Positions 10,817 through 21,677 of a stretch of DNA of 64,000 bases are shown piece after piece. The notes beneath the pieces are model-generated. The model had not been told where the DNA came from. It ran no database searches and saw only the letters and a program-made list of their open reading frames with translations. Where the stretch lies: positions 3,840,001 to 3,904,000 of the forward strand of contig OZ219747.1 in the NCBI GenBank assembly GCA_964291265.2, given 5' to 3'. This stretch comes from Alphaproteobacteria bacterium (lineage in GTDB: Bacteria; Pseudomonadota; Alphaproteobacteria; SP197). Every line of letters begins with the position of its first letter. Position 1 is the stretch's first letter. The position numbers and the translations under genes were made by a program.

Positions 10817-11728
10817 ATGAGCGTCCGATCCGGACCAGGCGAGGTCTCGGCCCTCGATCTCTTTGCCGACAGGCATTTCCGCTGGCTGATTGTTTGGCCG
10901 GCGATCCTCGTCCTGCTCCTTGTCGGCCTCTTTCCGGTGATCTATTCGCTGATCGTCAGCTTCCAGAGGATCACCCGTCGTGTCACCGACACCTCCTTCC
11001 ACGGATTCTACAACTACGAACGCCTGCTCGGGGATGAACGATTCTGGGATGCGGTGTTCAACACCGCCACCATCACCATCATCGCCCTGCCGCTACAACT
11101 GATCTTCGGCCTGGCCCTCGCCCGCCTGTTCCTCGACAGTTTTCCGGGCCGCCAGATCCTGATCGCCGTCGTCCTGCTGCCGGCCGTCATCGCGCCGTTC
11201 GTCTCGGGCGCCATCTGGCGGCTGATGTTCGACAACATCTTCGGTTCGGTCAACGAGATCGTGCGCCTGATCGTTGGCGACTTCGACCTCATCTGGCTCG
11301 TCAACAGCGACCCGGTCGTCGTCTTCAGCACCATTCTCATCGCCGAGATCTGGCAATGGACGCCGTTCATGTTTCTGATTCTTCTGGCGGCGTGGACCAA
11401 CGTGGACCGCTCCCAGATCGAGGCCGCCGAAATCGATGGCGCATCGGGCTGGAGGACCTTTCGACACATCGTGCTGCCCGCCATCCGCCCGGTCATCTTC
11501 GTTGCGCTCACGATCCGCGGCCTCGATCTCGTGCGCTTGTTCGATGTCGTGTGGGGACTGACGCGCGGCGGGCCTGGCAACATGACCGAGACCATCACCA
11601 TCTATGCCTACATCAAGGGATTCGAGATGTTCAACATCTCGCTCACCGCGGCCTTCACCTTCACGGTCATCATCGCGCTTTCCCTTCTCATGATGATCGT
11701 GCTCAGGCGGGTGGCCATCACGGCATGA
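10817..11728 (+). CDS. Carbohydrate ABC transporter permease
   Basis: WQWTPFMFLILLA, EAAEIDGAS (EAA motif). Confidence 0.92.
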   Translation: MSVRSGPGEVSALDLFADRHFRWLIVWPAILVLLLVGLFPVIYSLIVSFQRITRRVTDTSFHGFYNYERLLGDERFWDAVFNTATITIIALPLQLIFGLALARLFLDSFPGRQILIAVVLLPAVIAPFVSGAIWRLMFDNIFGSVNEIVRLIVGDFDLIWLVNSDPVVVFSTILIAEIWQWTPFMFLILLAAWTNVDRSQIEAAEIDGASGWRTFRHIVLPAIRPVIFVALTIRGLDLVRLFDVVWGLTRGGPGNMTETITIYAYIKGFEMFNISLTAAFTFTVIIALSLLMMIVLRRVAITA

Positions 11729-12570
11729 GGAAGCAGCGCGCCTGGTACCGGCGGCGCGACCGCGGGGCGACCGCGTCGCGCATGGCAGCCGCCCTGCTGA
11801 TCGCCATCGCCTTCGCCTTTCCCGTCTATTGGCTCTTCATCATGGCGATCAAGACACCGGAGGAGGTCTTCGCCTCGCCTCCGGTGTGGTGGCCCTCGAC
11901 GTTCAGCCTCGAGAATTTTTCCGTCCTCTTCCGCGACGGCGACGTCATCGCCATCTGGAACAGCATGGTGATCGCCGGCTGCTCGACAGTCATCGCCATG
12001 TTCCTCGGCACCGCCGCCGCCTACAGCATCGCCCGCTATCGCACCGGAGGCGACAATCTCGCGATCTGGATCATCTCGCAGCGCATGATCCCGCCAATCG
12101 CCATCGCCTTTCCGGTGTTCCTGCTCTACGCGTTCGTCGGCCTTGTCGACACCTACCTCGGCCTGATCGTGCTCTACACCGCCTTCAATCTCCCCTATGT
12201 CATCTGGATGATGCGCGGCTATGTCGAAGACGTCCCTCTCGAACTCGAGGAGAGCGCCCTTGTCGACGGACTGAATCGCTGGCAGATGCTGTACCGGGTG
12301 GTGTTCCCCATGGTGCGCACGGGGATGTTTGCCACGGCTGTCTTCACCTTCATCTTTGCCTGGAACGAGTTCCTGTTCGCGCTCATCCTGACGCGCACGG
12401 ACGTCACAACCTTCCCGGTCCAGCTCAGCCACTACTTCGGACAACAACAGCTGTTCTGGGCCAAGATCGGCGCCATGTCGGTTCTGGGCACCATTCCCGT
12501 CTTCCTGACAGTGGCGATGGCCCAGCGCCTGCTGGTACGGGGCATGTCACTGGGTGCGGTGAAGGGGTGA
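11725..12570 (+). CDS. Carbohydrate ABC transporter permease
   Basis: ATGA overlap; [26 protein letters not shown] end. Confidence 0.92.
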   Translation: MRKQRAWYRRRDRGATASRMAAALLIAIAFAFPVYWLFIMAIKTPEEVFASPPVWWPSTFSLENFSVLFRDGDVIAIWNSMVIAGCSTVIAMFLGTAAAYSIARYRTGGDNLAIWIISQRMIPPIAIAFPVFLLYAFVGLVDTYLGLIVLYTAFNLPYVIWMMRGYVEDVPLELEESALVDGLNRWQMLYRVVFPMVRTGMFATAVFTFIFAWNEFLFALILTRTDVTTFPVQLSHYFGQQQLFWAKIGAMSVLGTIPVFLTVAMAQRLLVRGMSLGAVKG

Positions 12571-12571
12571 C

Positions 12572-13678
12572 ATGAGCGATCTGACACTCAGCGACGTGCA
12601 CAAGTACTACGGCGACGTCCATGCCGTGAGGGGCGTCAGCCTCGACGTTGCCGAGGGCGCCTTCACCGTGCTGGTCGGGCCGTCAGGGTGCGGCAAGTCA
12701 ACCCTGCTGCGCATGATCGCCGGGCTCGAGGAAATCGATTCCGGCGACATCGTCATCGGCGGCCGGGTGGTGAACCGGCTGCGTCCCAGGGACCGCGACA
12801 TCGCCATGGTGTTCCAGAACTATGCTCTCTATCCCTACCTGACGGTCTTCGACAACATCGCCTTCGGCCTGAGGGCACACCGCGTCAGCGAACCGGATGT
12901 CGCCCGACGTGTCCGGGAGACTGCCGCCATGCTCGGTATCGCGGACCTCCTCGAACGCCACCCACGCCAGCTCTCCGGCGGGCAGCGCCAGCGGGTGGCC
13001 ATCGGGCGCGCCATTGTGCGCGATGCCGGACTCTTCCTCTTCGACGAGCCTCTCTCGAATCTCGATGCGCAGCTGCGCGACGAGATGCGCGCCGAACTCA
13101 AGCGCCTTCACCAGGACATCGGCAAGACCATGATCTATGTCACCCACGACCAGATCGAGGCCATGACGCTGGCCGACCGCATCGTGCTTCTCAACGAGGG
13201 CCGGATCGAGCAGGAAGGCGCGCCTCTCGATCTCTTCGAACGCCCGCGCACACGCTTTGTCGCCGGTTTCCTCGGCTCTCCGCAAATGAACTTCATCCAT
13301 GCGACCGCCACGAGGGACGGGGCCGTTGCCGGCTTTCGCCTCGATGCCGGGAACACGCTCTCCCTGGAGCACGCTCCCGCCGCCATCACCGATGGCAAGG
13401 CGGTCGTGCTCGGCATCCGGCCCGAACACTTCAGCCGCGACGACTCCAGGCCGCACTGCCAGCCCCTCGACGTGGTGATCGACCTTGTCCAGCCCACGGG
13501 AACCCGCACCCATATCCAGTTCCCGGTCGGCGGCCGGCAGGTGACGGCGGAACTCGGGGCTCACGATGTCGAGCCCCCCGGCACCCGTGTGCGTCTCATG
13601 GTCGACATGCGACGCCTGGTGCTGATCGATCCCTCAACCGATCGTGTGATCGACATGGAAGGAGGTCGTGGACCATGA
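12572..13678 (+). CDS. Carbohydrate ABC transporter ATP-binding protein (MalK/UgpC-like)
   Basis: [30 protein letters not shown]. Confidence 0.95.
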   Translation: MSDLTLSDVHKYYGDVHAVRGVSLDVAEGAFTVLVGPSGCGKSTLLRMIAGLEEIDSGDIVIGGRVVNRLRPRDRDIAMVFQNYALYPYLTVFDNIAFGLRAHRVSEPDVARRVRETAAMLGIADLLERHPRQLSGGQRQRVAIGRAIVRDAGLFLFDEPLSNLDAQLRDEMRAELKRLHQDIGKTMIYVTHDQIEAMTLADRIVLLNEGRIEQEGAPLDLFERPRTRFVAGFLGSPQMNFIHATATRDGAVAGFRLDAGNTLSLEHAPAAITDGKAVVLGIRPEHFSRDDSRPHCQPLDVVIDLVQPTGTRTHIQFPVGGRQVTAELGAHDVEPPGTRVRLMVDMRRLVLIDPSTDRVIDMEGGRGP

Positions 13679-15669
13679 GTGATGAACCATCTCCGGGAGT
13701 ACGGCTCTGCGGCACCGACGAGACGCCGCCCGAAGAACGACGGCTGAAGGCGGGACCACTCGAGGCCGTCCTGGACCAGGGAGCCCTGCGCAACATCACC
13801 ATCGCCGGGCGCGAGGCAATCCGGGGAATCGCCTACGTGTTGCGCGACCGGAACTGGGCGACCCCGATCCCTGCGATCCATGATCTCGATGTGACCGAGG
13901 ACGACACGGGATTCCTTGTGACATACCGCGGCAGCCATGAAACCGGCGACGAACGCTTCTCGTTCACCGCCCGCATTCTGGCCGCGCCCGACGGCGCCCT
14001 CGAGTTTTCTGTCGAGGCCTGTCCGGCGACCGACTGGGTGACCAACCGCACGGGCTTCGTCGTCCTTCATCCCGTGGACGGAGTCGCCGGTGAGCCGGTC
14101 ACCGTCACCCACACCGACGGGCTCACCAGCGAGGAGCGGTTCCCCGATCTCATCTCCCCTACCCAGCCCTTCTTCGACATCCGGTCGATGACGCACCGGG
14201 TCTCCGGGTCCCTCACCGTCACCTGCACCATGGAAGGAGATGCCTTCGAAGCCGAGGACCAGAGAAACTGGACCGACGCTTCCTACAAGACCTATATCCG
14301 ACCACTCTCGAAACCCCGTCCCTACGTCATGAAGGCCGGCGTGAAGAATCGCCAGCGCGTGAGCCTCAGAACGGACGGTGTGCCGGATGGCGGGACCGGC
14401 ACGGGCGATCACGTGGTGGTCACGCTTGTCCAGGCGAGCACCCGGCGCATGCCGTTGATGGCCCTTGCCTGTGATCCCGAAAACGTGGACGACGCCTTCG
14501 GCGCCCTGGAGACGATGCGCCTGGCCGGTGCCCGCAGGCTGTGGTGCCACCACGACCCGTCGCGCGGTCATGACGCCGACGACATGGCCCGGCTCGTCCG
14601 CCTGGCATCAGCGATCGGCGCGGACCCCGTCCTCGAGGCGGTGTTGCCCCTGCAGTCCCCCGACGGCCGGTTCAGCAACGATCCCGCCTTGCTCGAGGCA
14701 GAGGTCCAAGCCCTGCGCACCGCCGCGGCGAGCCATGCCTTCACCCATATCGCGGCTTCGCCGCTTGCCTATCACAAGAGCTACCAGCCCTCGGAGACCT
14801 GGCCCGACGTACCGTCTTGCGACATGATTTGCAGGTGTCTGCGCGAGGCCTTTCCCGACGCCGCCATCGGCGGAGGCATGCACAGCTACTTCACGGAACT
14901 CAATCGCAAGCCTCCGCCCGACGAGGCCATCGATTTCATCACCCATACCACGTGTCCGATGGTCCATGCCGGGGACGACCGGAGTGTCATGGAGAGTCTC
15001 GAGGCCCTGCCCTCGGTGATGCGTTCAGCCATGGCCCTGGCGCCGGGCAAGCCCTATCTGATCGGCCCATCGGCCATCGGCATGCGCTTCAACCCCTATG
15101 GAGCGGCTCCAGTCGACAATCCCGACAACCGGCGACTCGCCATGGCCAGGGTCGATCCGAGACAGCGCGGGCTGTTCAATGCCGCCTGGCTCGTCGGCTA
15201 CATCGCTGCGGCCTCGGCGCACGGACTCGACGGCCTGTGCCTGGCGGCTCCGACCGGCGCCTTCGGTCTCGTCCACCGGCGTCAGGCCTGGCACCAGCCC
15301 TGGTACGATGACAACGATTCCCGAACCCTCGTCTACCCCGCTTTCCATGTCTTTCGTGACGTGGCGCGTCACGGCGGATGCGCCGTCGTGGACGTGGCTG
15401 CGTCCGATCCTGCCAGGGTAAGGGCCATCGCCTTCGAGGATGACAGGGGTCCGGTCCTGTGGCTTGCCAATCTCACGCCCGCCCCCCAGGGCGTCACCGT
15501 GAAGGGCTTGCCGCATGACCAGGCGGCCGCGTCGCATGGCAACATGGAGACCTTCACCTCCCTTGCCCGGGATCCTCTTGCCATGTCATCGGCCAACGCC
15601 AGCCCGGTCGATCCCTCCTCGATCATGCTCGGAGCCTATGGCGTATGCCGCCTGTCGGTCTTCGCCTGA
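13675..15669 (+). CDS. D-apionate lactonase (ApnL)-like protein
   Basis: ATGA overlap at 13675; [52 protein letters not shown] recalled as ApnL-family motifs. Confidence 0.7.
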   Translation: MSDEPSPGVRLCGTDETPPEERRLKAGPLEAVLDQGALRNITIAGREAIRGIAYVLRDRNWATPIPAIHDLDVTEDDTGFLVTYRGSHETGDERFSFTARILAAPDGALEFSVEACPATDWVTNRTGFVVLHPVDGVAGEPVTVTHTDGLTSEERFPDLISPTQPFFDIRSMTHRVSGSLTVTCTMEGDAFEAEDQRNWTDASYKTYIRPLSKPRPYVMKAGVKNRQRVSLRTDGVPDGGTGTGDHVVVTLVQASTRRMPLMALACDPENVDDAFGALETMRLAGARRLWCHHDPSRGHDADDMARLVRLASAIGADPVLEAVLPLQSPDGRFSNDPALLEAEVQALRTAAASHAFTHIAASPLAYHKSYQPSETWPDVPSCDMICRCLREAFPDAAIGGGMHSYFTELNRKPPPDEAIDFITHTTCPMVHAGDDRSVMESLEALPSVMRSAMALAPGKPYLIGPSAIGMRFNPYGAAPVDNPDNRRLAMARVDPRQRGLFNAAWLVGYIAAASAHGLDGLCLAAPTGAFGLVHRRQAWHQPWYDDNDSRTLVYPAFHVFRDVARHGGCAVVDVAASDPARVRAIAFEDDRGPVLWLANLTPAPQGVTVKGLPHDQAAASHGNMETFTSLARDPLAMSSANASPVDPSSIMLGAYGVCRLSVFA

Positions 15670-15762
15670 CAGGGGCGCCGTCCAAGGGATCGGACAACAC
15701 GGCGCCCGTCGTTCACGACCCGGTCGTCGCCGCCCCTGTCGTGGCGGTCCAACGCGTTGCCG

Positions 15763-17229
15763 TCACCGCCCTTCGGAGGCCCGTGCCGCGATCGGACGCC
15801 AGCGGCGGCCGTCCCGATGCACCAGCATCAGTGCTTCCTCGGGACCTGCCGACAGGCTTTCGTAGGCATGCGGCGGGCAGGGGCCGCTCCCGGCGACGGT
15901 GACGGCACGGTCGATCCAGCGCCACGCGGCCTCCACCTCGTCACGGCGCATGAACAGTGTCTGATCGCCACGAATGACGTCGAGCACCAGGCGTTCGTAG
16001 GCATCGGGCATGGTCAGGCCCTGGCGTTCAAGGGTGTCCGCGAAGGTCATGTCGAGCGGCGTGCCGATCAGGCGCATGCCTCCCGGTCCCGGTTCCTTGA
16101 TGGTGAGGCCCAGGGTGATCCCCTCGTCGGGCTGCAGCCTGATCGCCAGGACATTGGGAGCCATGGCACCGGCGGCCGGTGGAAAGATCGAGTGAGGAGC
16201 GTCCTTGAACACGACGGCGATCTCGGACATCCGTGCCCGCAGTCTCTTGCCGGTGCGCAGGTAGAACGGCGTCCCGTTCCAGCGCCAGTTGGCGATCTCC
16301 GCGCGCAGGGCCACGAAGCTCTCGCTCCGGGATTCCGGGTTGCCGACGTCCTCCAGATAGCTCCCCGTTCCTTCGCCCCCGAGATAGCGTCCGCACACCA
16401 TGTCGACGGGGTTCTCCAGCGGAGCGAGGCTGAGCAGCACCTTGAGTTTCTCGTCACGTACCGCATCCGCGCTGAATGTTGCCGGAGGTTCCATGGCGAT
16501 CAGACAGAGCAGCTGCAGCAGGTGATTCTGGACCATGTCGCGCAGGGCGCCGGTCTTGTCATAGTAGGCGCCACGCCCTTCGACACCGATCCGTTCGGCG
16601 ACAGTGATCTGGACGTGATCGACATGGCGCGCATTCCAGATCGGTTCGAACAGTGCATTGGCAAAACGCAAGGCCATCAGGTTCTGGACCGTCTCCTTGC
16701 CGAGATAGTGATCAATCCGGTAGACCTGCCGCTCGCCGAAGAGTGAGGCAAGGGTGCGGTTCAGCATTTCGGCGCTGGCAAGATCGCTCCCCTGGGGCTT
16801 TTCGACCACCAGCCGGGTTTCCGGAGTCCGGCAACCGGCGGCCACCAGGCGTTCACTCACCGGCACGAAGAGGTGCGGCGCCACGGCCAGGTAGAAGGCT
16901 CTCACGCGCCCGTCGTCATCGAGCCTCGAAGCAAGCGTCGCCCAGCCCTCCTCATCCGTCACGTCCATCTTCACGTAATCGAGCATCGCCAGAAAGTCGC
17001 CGACGCCATCTCCGCCTGCGTGTTCCTGCACGGCGCCGGAAGCCAGAGCGCGGTAGCCGTCAACGCCGACATCGCGGCGCCCGGTGGCGATGATTCTCGT
17101 GCCCGGCAGAATCTGCCCGGCGCACATGCGATGGTAGAGAGCGGGCAGCAGCTTGCGCCGCGCGAGATCGCCCGTGCCGCCAAACACCACGAGATCGAAG
17201 GGTTCGACCGGAATCACCCGACCCGCCAT
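15763..17229 (-). CDS. zwf: Glucose-6-phosphate 1-dehydrogenase
   Basis: FGGTGDLARRKL, RIDHYLGKE, RDMVQNH, YLRTGKR. Confidence 0.96.
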   Translation of the reverse strand: MAGRVIPVEPFDLVVFGGTGDLARRKLLPALYHRMCAGQILPGTRIIATGRRDVGVDGYRALASGAVQEHAGGDGVGDFLAMLDYVKMDVTDEEGWATLASRLDDDGRVRAFYLAVAPHLFVPVSERLVAAGCRTPETRLVVEKPQGSDLASAEMLNRTLASLFGERQVYRIDHYLGKETVQNLMALRFANALFEPIWNARHVDHVQITVAERIGVEGRGAYYDKTGALRDMVQNHLLQLLCLIAMEPPATFSADAVRDEKLKVLLSLAPLENPVDMVCGRYLGGEGTGSYLEDVGNPESRSESFVALRAEIANWRWNGTPFYLRTGKRLRARMSEIAVVFKDAPHSIFPPAAGAMAPNVLAIRLQPDEGITLGLTIKEPGPGGMRLIGTPLDMTFADTLERQGLTMPDAYERLVLDVIRGDQTLFMRRDEVEAAWRWIDRAVTVAGSGPCPPHAYESLSAGPEEALMLVHRDGRRWRPIAARASEGR

Positions 17230-17699
17230 GGTCACCCTCCCTGCGGCCAGGACCGTGCGAGTTCGTGACGCCGCGGTGAATCGCCACCGGAGCGCGAGAC
17301 GGTGATGACCGCCGCCCTGACGCCGGGGCCGAGAGCCTCCTTCATCGAAACGGCATCGAAGGTTTCAACGATGTCGAGATGATCGACAGAAGCGACCAGA
17401 ACGGCGACGAAGCGCCGACTTGCTCTCGCTGCGCCGCGTTCCCGTCTCGCCGCCGAGAAGCCGGGTCCGATGGACCTTTCGCTGCATGACGGTCCGTCAC
17501 CGGGTACGAGCCTGCTCAGGTTCTCATGCGGCGCATTGCCGGTACAGCCCGGAGCGATGAGTTCCTGCATGCGAACGCGCCGACGGTTGCCAAGCTCGAT
17601 CATGACTGAACAACGATCGGGATCAAGCATGGCGAGCGAGCCTTTCAGTCTCCCGTCCGCTGGGCATGGGTCGATCAGGCGTCACCCGGTGACGGAGCA

Positions 17700-17978
17700 C
17701 CCATCACGTCGGGGTGTGGTCAACAGGTGCTCTCCGGCATCCACGACGACGGCATCGGCCATGTCGTTGAGCGTTCACCATGGCCTTGAGGGGCAGGATC
17801 GCGTTCAGCTTCATCCTGAAGGCGTCGTCGCGCTCCTCTCCGATGCGACGGGCGGGCATCGGCAATTGACGCAGCCCGGGCACAGGGCACTGAGCCGGAT
17901 CTGCGGCGCCAGGCCAAGGACAGCGGCTCATCCGATCCCCGTTGCCGCGACAGTGACAATCGCAATGTTCCTTGTCAT
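17700..17978 (-). pseudogene. Internally deleted SDR family oxidoreductase remnant
   Basis: MTRNIAIVTVAATGIG*AA (degenerate TGxxxGIG) joined directly to LAPQIRLSALCPG (C-terminal RVNxxxPG motif), then frameshifted ILPLKAMVNA..DMADAVV..DAGEHL. Confidence 0.6.
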
Positions 17979-18038
17979 GCCTCATTGCCCCGGTCCCGTG
18001 CCAACATGAAGCGTCCCGGCGTGGCATTCCACCGCCAC

Positions 18039-18653
18039 TCAATAGACAACCGGGAGAGGATCGAGATCGCGCCAGAGATACCAGGTTGCCACGGTACGCC
18101 ATGGACGCCAGGCCGCTGCACGGGAATGTACCGCATCAGGCGAGCGCTCGCAGCCGTAGATGGCCGCCACGGAGCGCTGCAGTCCGATATCCGCGACCGG
18201 CAGGACATCGAGGTCGCCCGCCGCGAATATGAGGACCATGTCGACGGTCCAGGGGCCCACGCCCTTCAAGGCAAGCAGTCGCCGGCGGATGTCCTCCGAC
18301 TGCGATGGAATGTCCTGCCACGCGACCACGACGTTGGCGGCGGCGGCAATGCTGCGCACCTTGTTGCGGGTGAGGCCGTGCCCCTGCATGGTGGCGGCGT
18401 CCATCCGGGCGACGTCCCGCGGGGTGATTGCCGCGAGATCCCGCGTGAATCGATTCCAGATTCTCTCGGAAGCCAGGACGGAGATCTGCTGACCGACAAT
18501 GGCCCGTATCAGGGAGCGGAAGAGGTCGCCGTGCGGTTCGAGACGTTCACCGGGATAGCGTTCGATGACAGCGGCAAGGCGGGGATCGCGACGGCACAGC
18601 TTTCCGGCAGCCCGCCACCAGGTGTCGGCAAACCTGCCGGGTTCGTTCAGCAC
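18039..18653 (-). CDS. DNA-3-methyladenine glycosylase (AlkA/HhH-GPD family)
   Basis: RAIVGQQIS, LKGVGPWT (HhH), LPVADIGL, WRPWRTVA; GTG start inferred. Confidence 0.88.
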   Translation of the reverse strand: MLNEPGRFADTWWRAAGKLCRRDPRLAAVIERYPGERLEPHGDLFRSLIRAIVGQQISVLASERIWNRFTRDLAAITPRDVARMDAATMQGHGLTRNKVRSIAAAANVVVAWQDIPSQSEDIRRRLLALKGVGPWTVDMVLIFAAGDLDVLPVADIGLQRSVAAIYGCERSPDAVHSRAAAWRPWRTVATWYLWRDLDPLPVVY

Positions 18654-18676
18654 GGTGCGGCGCCTATACTCGGACC

Positions 18677-19966
18677 ATGATGATCGCTCGTCTTGTTCTC
18701 GCGACGGCCCTGGTCCTGACGGCGCCCGCCCGGCCGGACGACACCGGATTTCTTGCCGGCTGGCAGGCAGTCGCCGAACGGCGCTACGAGGATGCGCGGA
18801 CCGCCTGGACGAAGAGTGCCGACGGGGGCAATGTGGACATTCAGTACTACCTGGCCCGGCTCCATGAATCAGGTCTCCTCGGCGCCGTCGACATCGACAG
18901 CGCCATCGGCTGGCACCGCGAAGCGGCAGGGCGGAATCTGCCCGCGGCGCTGGTGGCTCTCGCACATCATAGGCTGCAGGCGGACCCGCCGGAAACAGCT
19001 GCGGCCATCGACCTTCTCACCCGTGCCGCCAACCTGGACTTCCCGCACGCTCAGCAGAGCCTCGCAAGCCTCTACGAGCGGGGCGTCCAGGGCGTCCCGC
19101 AACCCAACCTCGCCATCCAGTGGTACCGTCTCGCCGCCCGCCTGGGCCTACCGGAGGCACAGTACGGCCTGGCGCGCCTTTCGGCCGCCAACACGGACGA
19201 CAGCGCCAGCCTCGAACAGGCGCTGGCCTGGTACCACCGGGCGTCCGCGGCCGGACTCGCCGAAGCCGACAACAACCTGGCCCACATATATGAACAGGGA
19301 CTTGGCGTTGCCCGTGATCCGGAGAGGGCTGTCGCCCTCTATCGCCGGGCGGCTGACAAGGGGCTGGCCGTCGCCCAGAACAACCTCGGCATCATGCTGC
19401 AGTACGGCCATGGCACTCCGGTCGACCTGGCGGCCGCGGCCGCGGCCTACGGCGCCGCGGCACGGGCCGGATACGCCTTCGGCCAGATCAGCTTCGCCAC
19501 CTGCCTTGCCAACGGCACCGGCATCGACAGGAACCCCGTCGAGGCCTACGCCTGGCTGGTCGCAGCGGCCCGGGGCCATGACCGGAGCGCCCGCAGGGTG
19601 GCGCGGGAATTCATGGAGAGCCTGGCGAGCGTCCTGGATTCCGCGGACCGTCGCCGCGCCATGCTGCGCGCCGGCAGCCTGGCAAGAGCGCCGGAGAAGG
19701 AAGCGCACATTCACCTACCTCTTCCCGGGAGCTTGGGCGCCCCCGTGGTCGCGGCCCAGAGGTATCTCGCGTTGCTTGGCTATCTCGACGGAGCGGTCGA
19801 CAACATGGCCGGGCCCATGACGAGGGAATCCATCAGGGCCTTTCAGAAAGCAAGGGGACTCGAGCCCGACGGGATGATCAGCAACGAACTCGTGACCCTG
19901 CTCGAGAATGCGGCCATGATCCTGCTTCGGCCGAACACCGGGAGGAATCACCGTGCCAGGCATTGA
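18677..19966 (+). CDS. Secreted SEL1-like repeat protein with C-terminal peptidoglycan-binding domain
   Basis: Signal peptide; repeats such as AQNNLGIMLQYGHG, ADNNLAHIYEQGLG; C-terminal LGYLDGAVDNMAGPMTRESIRAFQKARGL. Confidence 0.85.
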   Translation: MMIARLVLATALVLTAPARPDDTGFLAGWQAVAERRYEDARTAWTKSADGGNVDIQYYLARLHESGLLGAVDIDSAIGWHREAAGRNLPAALVALAHHRLQADPPETAAAIDLLTRAANLDFPHAQQSLASLYERGVQGVPQPNLAIQWYRLAARLGLPEAQYGLARLSAANTDDSASLEQALAWYHRASAAGLAEADNNLAHIYEQGLGVARDPERAVALYRRAADKGLAVAQNNLGIMLQYGHGTPVDLAAAAAAYGAAARAGYAFGQISFATCLANGTGIDRNPVEAYAWLVAAARGHDRSARRVAREFMESLASVLDSADRRRAMLRAGSLARAPEKEAHIHLPLPGSLGAPVVAAQRYLALLGYLDGAVDNMAGPMTRESIRAFQKARGLEPDGMISNELVTLLENAAMILLRPNTGRNHRARH

Positions 19967-20954
19967 ACTCAGCTACCTGTCCGGCTCCGATGTCCGCGCC
20001 CTGGAGATGACGCCGGACGAGATCCTCGACGCCATCGAGGACAGCCTGTCGGCGCAGGGGCGCGGCGAAACCGTCATCGAGCCGCGCATGCATCTCGTGG
20101 CGGACGAGGCATTCCGTGGCCACTTCAACGTCCTGCGCGGCTACATCGCGCCCATCGGCATAGCCGGCGTCAAGGTGGTGGGCGACTATATCGACAACTA
20201 CCGCAAGGGACTGCCCTCGGAAATGGCCCTCGTCAACCTGTTCGACGCCAGGACCGGCATGCCGCGGGCGCTCGTCGACGGCACCGCGATCACGGACATG
20301 CGCACCGGCGCCCTGACGGCGCTTGGCGCCAAGTACCTTGCCCGCTCAAGTCCGCGCAGGCTCGGCCACATCGGCGCCAGAGGGAGTTCCTACTGGAACG
20401 TCCGCCTGCTCGATCACCTGTTCGACTTCGCGGAGATCCGCGTGCACTCGCGGCGGGCGGAGAGTCGCGAGGCCTTCGGCGAACGGCTGACGCGGGATCT
20501 CGGCAAACCCATCATCGTCACCGACGACTGGCAGAGCTGCCTCGAGGGCACCGACATCCTGGTGGAAGCTTCCCGGCTTGACGGGCCCCAGCCTCTCCTG
20601 AAGACCGCGTGGGTAGAGCCGGGAGCGCTTGTCATACCCTACGGCACCATCAGCGCCGTCGAGGACGACCTTGCCGACGTCATGGACAAGATCGTCGTCG
20701 ACCACTGGCAGCAGTGCCTGGTTGGCCCCTTTGGCTGTCTGAGGCGCCATGTCGATTCAGGCCGCATCACGGCCGAAACCATTCACGGCGAGATCGGCGC
20801 CATCTGCGCCGGTCTCACCGGCGGTCGGGACAGCGACGACGAGAGAATACTCTTCTGGCACCGCGGTCTCTCGACATCCGACATTGCACTCGCCTGGGCC
20901 ATGCTCGCCAAGGCCGACAAACTGGGAGTGGGGACCCTCCTGCCCTACGCCTGA
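19953..20954 (+). CDS. Ornithine cyclodeaminase / mu-crystallin family protein
   Basis: GVKVVG, ITDMRTGA, GHIGARG, GEIG...GRDSDDERI. Confidence 0.88.
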   Translation: MPGIELSYLSGSDVRALEMTPDEILDAIEDSLSAQGRGETVIEPRMHLVADEAFRGHFNVLRGYIAPIGIAGVKVVGDYIDNYRKGLPSEMALVNLFDARTGMPRALVDGTAITDMRTGALTALGAKYLARSSPRRLGHIGARGSSYWNVRLLDHLFDFAEIRVHSRRAESREAFGERLTRDLGKPIIVTDDWQSCLEGTDILVEASRLDGPQPLLKTAWVEPGALVIPYGTISAVEDDLADVMDKIVVDHWQQCLVGPFGCLRRHVDSGRITAETIHGEIGAICAGLTGGRDSDDERILFWHRGLSTSDIALAWAMLAKADKLGVGTLLPYA

Positions 20955-21005
20955 CCGGCATGCCATCCACGAGTTTTCATCGCCTTTGGGGGGCCACGGA
21001 GCGTT

Positions 21006-21677
21006 TCAGCGCTTCCTTGCGATGGTGAGGCCATCTCCCGTGGGCACCATGGCCATGTCGACCCGATCGTCGGCGCCGACCTTCTCGTTGACGGCGCGAA
21101 TCGCACAGGTGTCCACCGACTGATCACTGTCATCGATCACGGCGCCGCCCCACAGGACATTGTCGATGAGGATCAATCCACCCCGGCGGACGAGAACGAG
21201 GGCACGCTCGTAGTAGGTGTCGTAGTTCTCCTTGTCGGCGTCGATGAAGGCGATGTCGAACGACCCCGCGCGACCTTCCGCAACCAGCCCTTCCAGGCTC
21301 TCCACCGCCGGAGCCAGACGCAGGTCGATGCGCTCGGCGACACCCGCCTCGGCCCAGTAGCGGCGGGCGATCGCTGTCCATTCCTCGCTGACATCGAGGG
21401 CGACGAGAGAGCCTCCGTCCCCCAGCGCCCGCGCGACGCACAGACTGCTGTAGCCGGTGAAGACGCCGACTTCCAGCGCGTTCCGGGCCCCGATCAGGCG
21501 TGTCAGGAGAGCCATGAACTGTCCCTGGTCCGGCGCGACCTGCATGTCGCTCCAGCCTGTCTGCAGGGTTTCCTCGCGAAGGCGGCGCAGGATGTCATCG
21601 TCACGCACGGTGGTGCGCACCATGTAGTCGTAGAGATCGTCGGCGAGGCCCGCCGTCTTGCGGGTCATTTCGGACAT
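21006..21677 (-). CDS. Class I SAM-dependent O-methyltransferase (COMT/CCoAOMT-like)
   Basis: LEVGVFTGYS, FIDADKENY, DNVLWGG, GDGLT. Confidence 0.92.
   Translation of the reverse strand: MSEMTRKTAGLADDLYDYMVRTTVRDDDILRRLREETLQTGWSDMQVAPDQGQFMALLTRLIGARNALEVGVFTGYSSLCVARALGDGGSLVALDVSEEWTAIARRYWAEAGVAERIDLRLAPAVESLEGLVAEGRAGSFDIAFIDADKENYDTYYERALVLVRRGGLILIDNVLWGGAVIDDSDQSVDTCAIRAVNEKVGADDRVDMAMVPTGDGLTIARKR

Noticed and set aside
12688-13674. 993-aa ORF N-terminal extension
   Set aside because: Overlaps the ABC ATPase in another frame; the true start is 13675 (RBS GGAGG, ATGA overlap)
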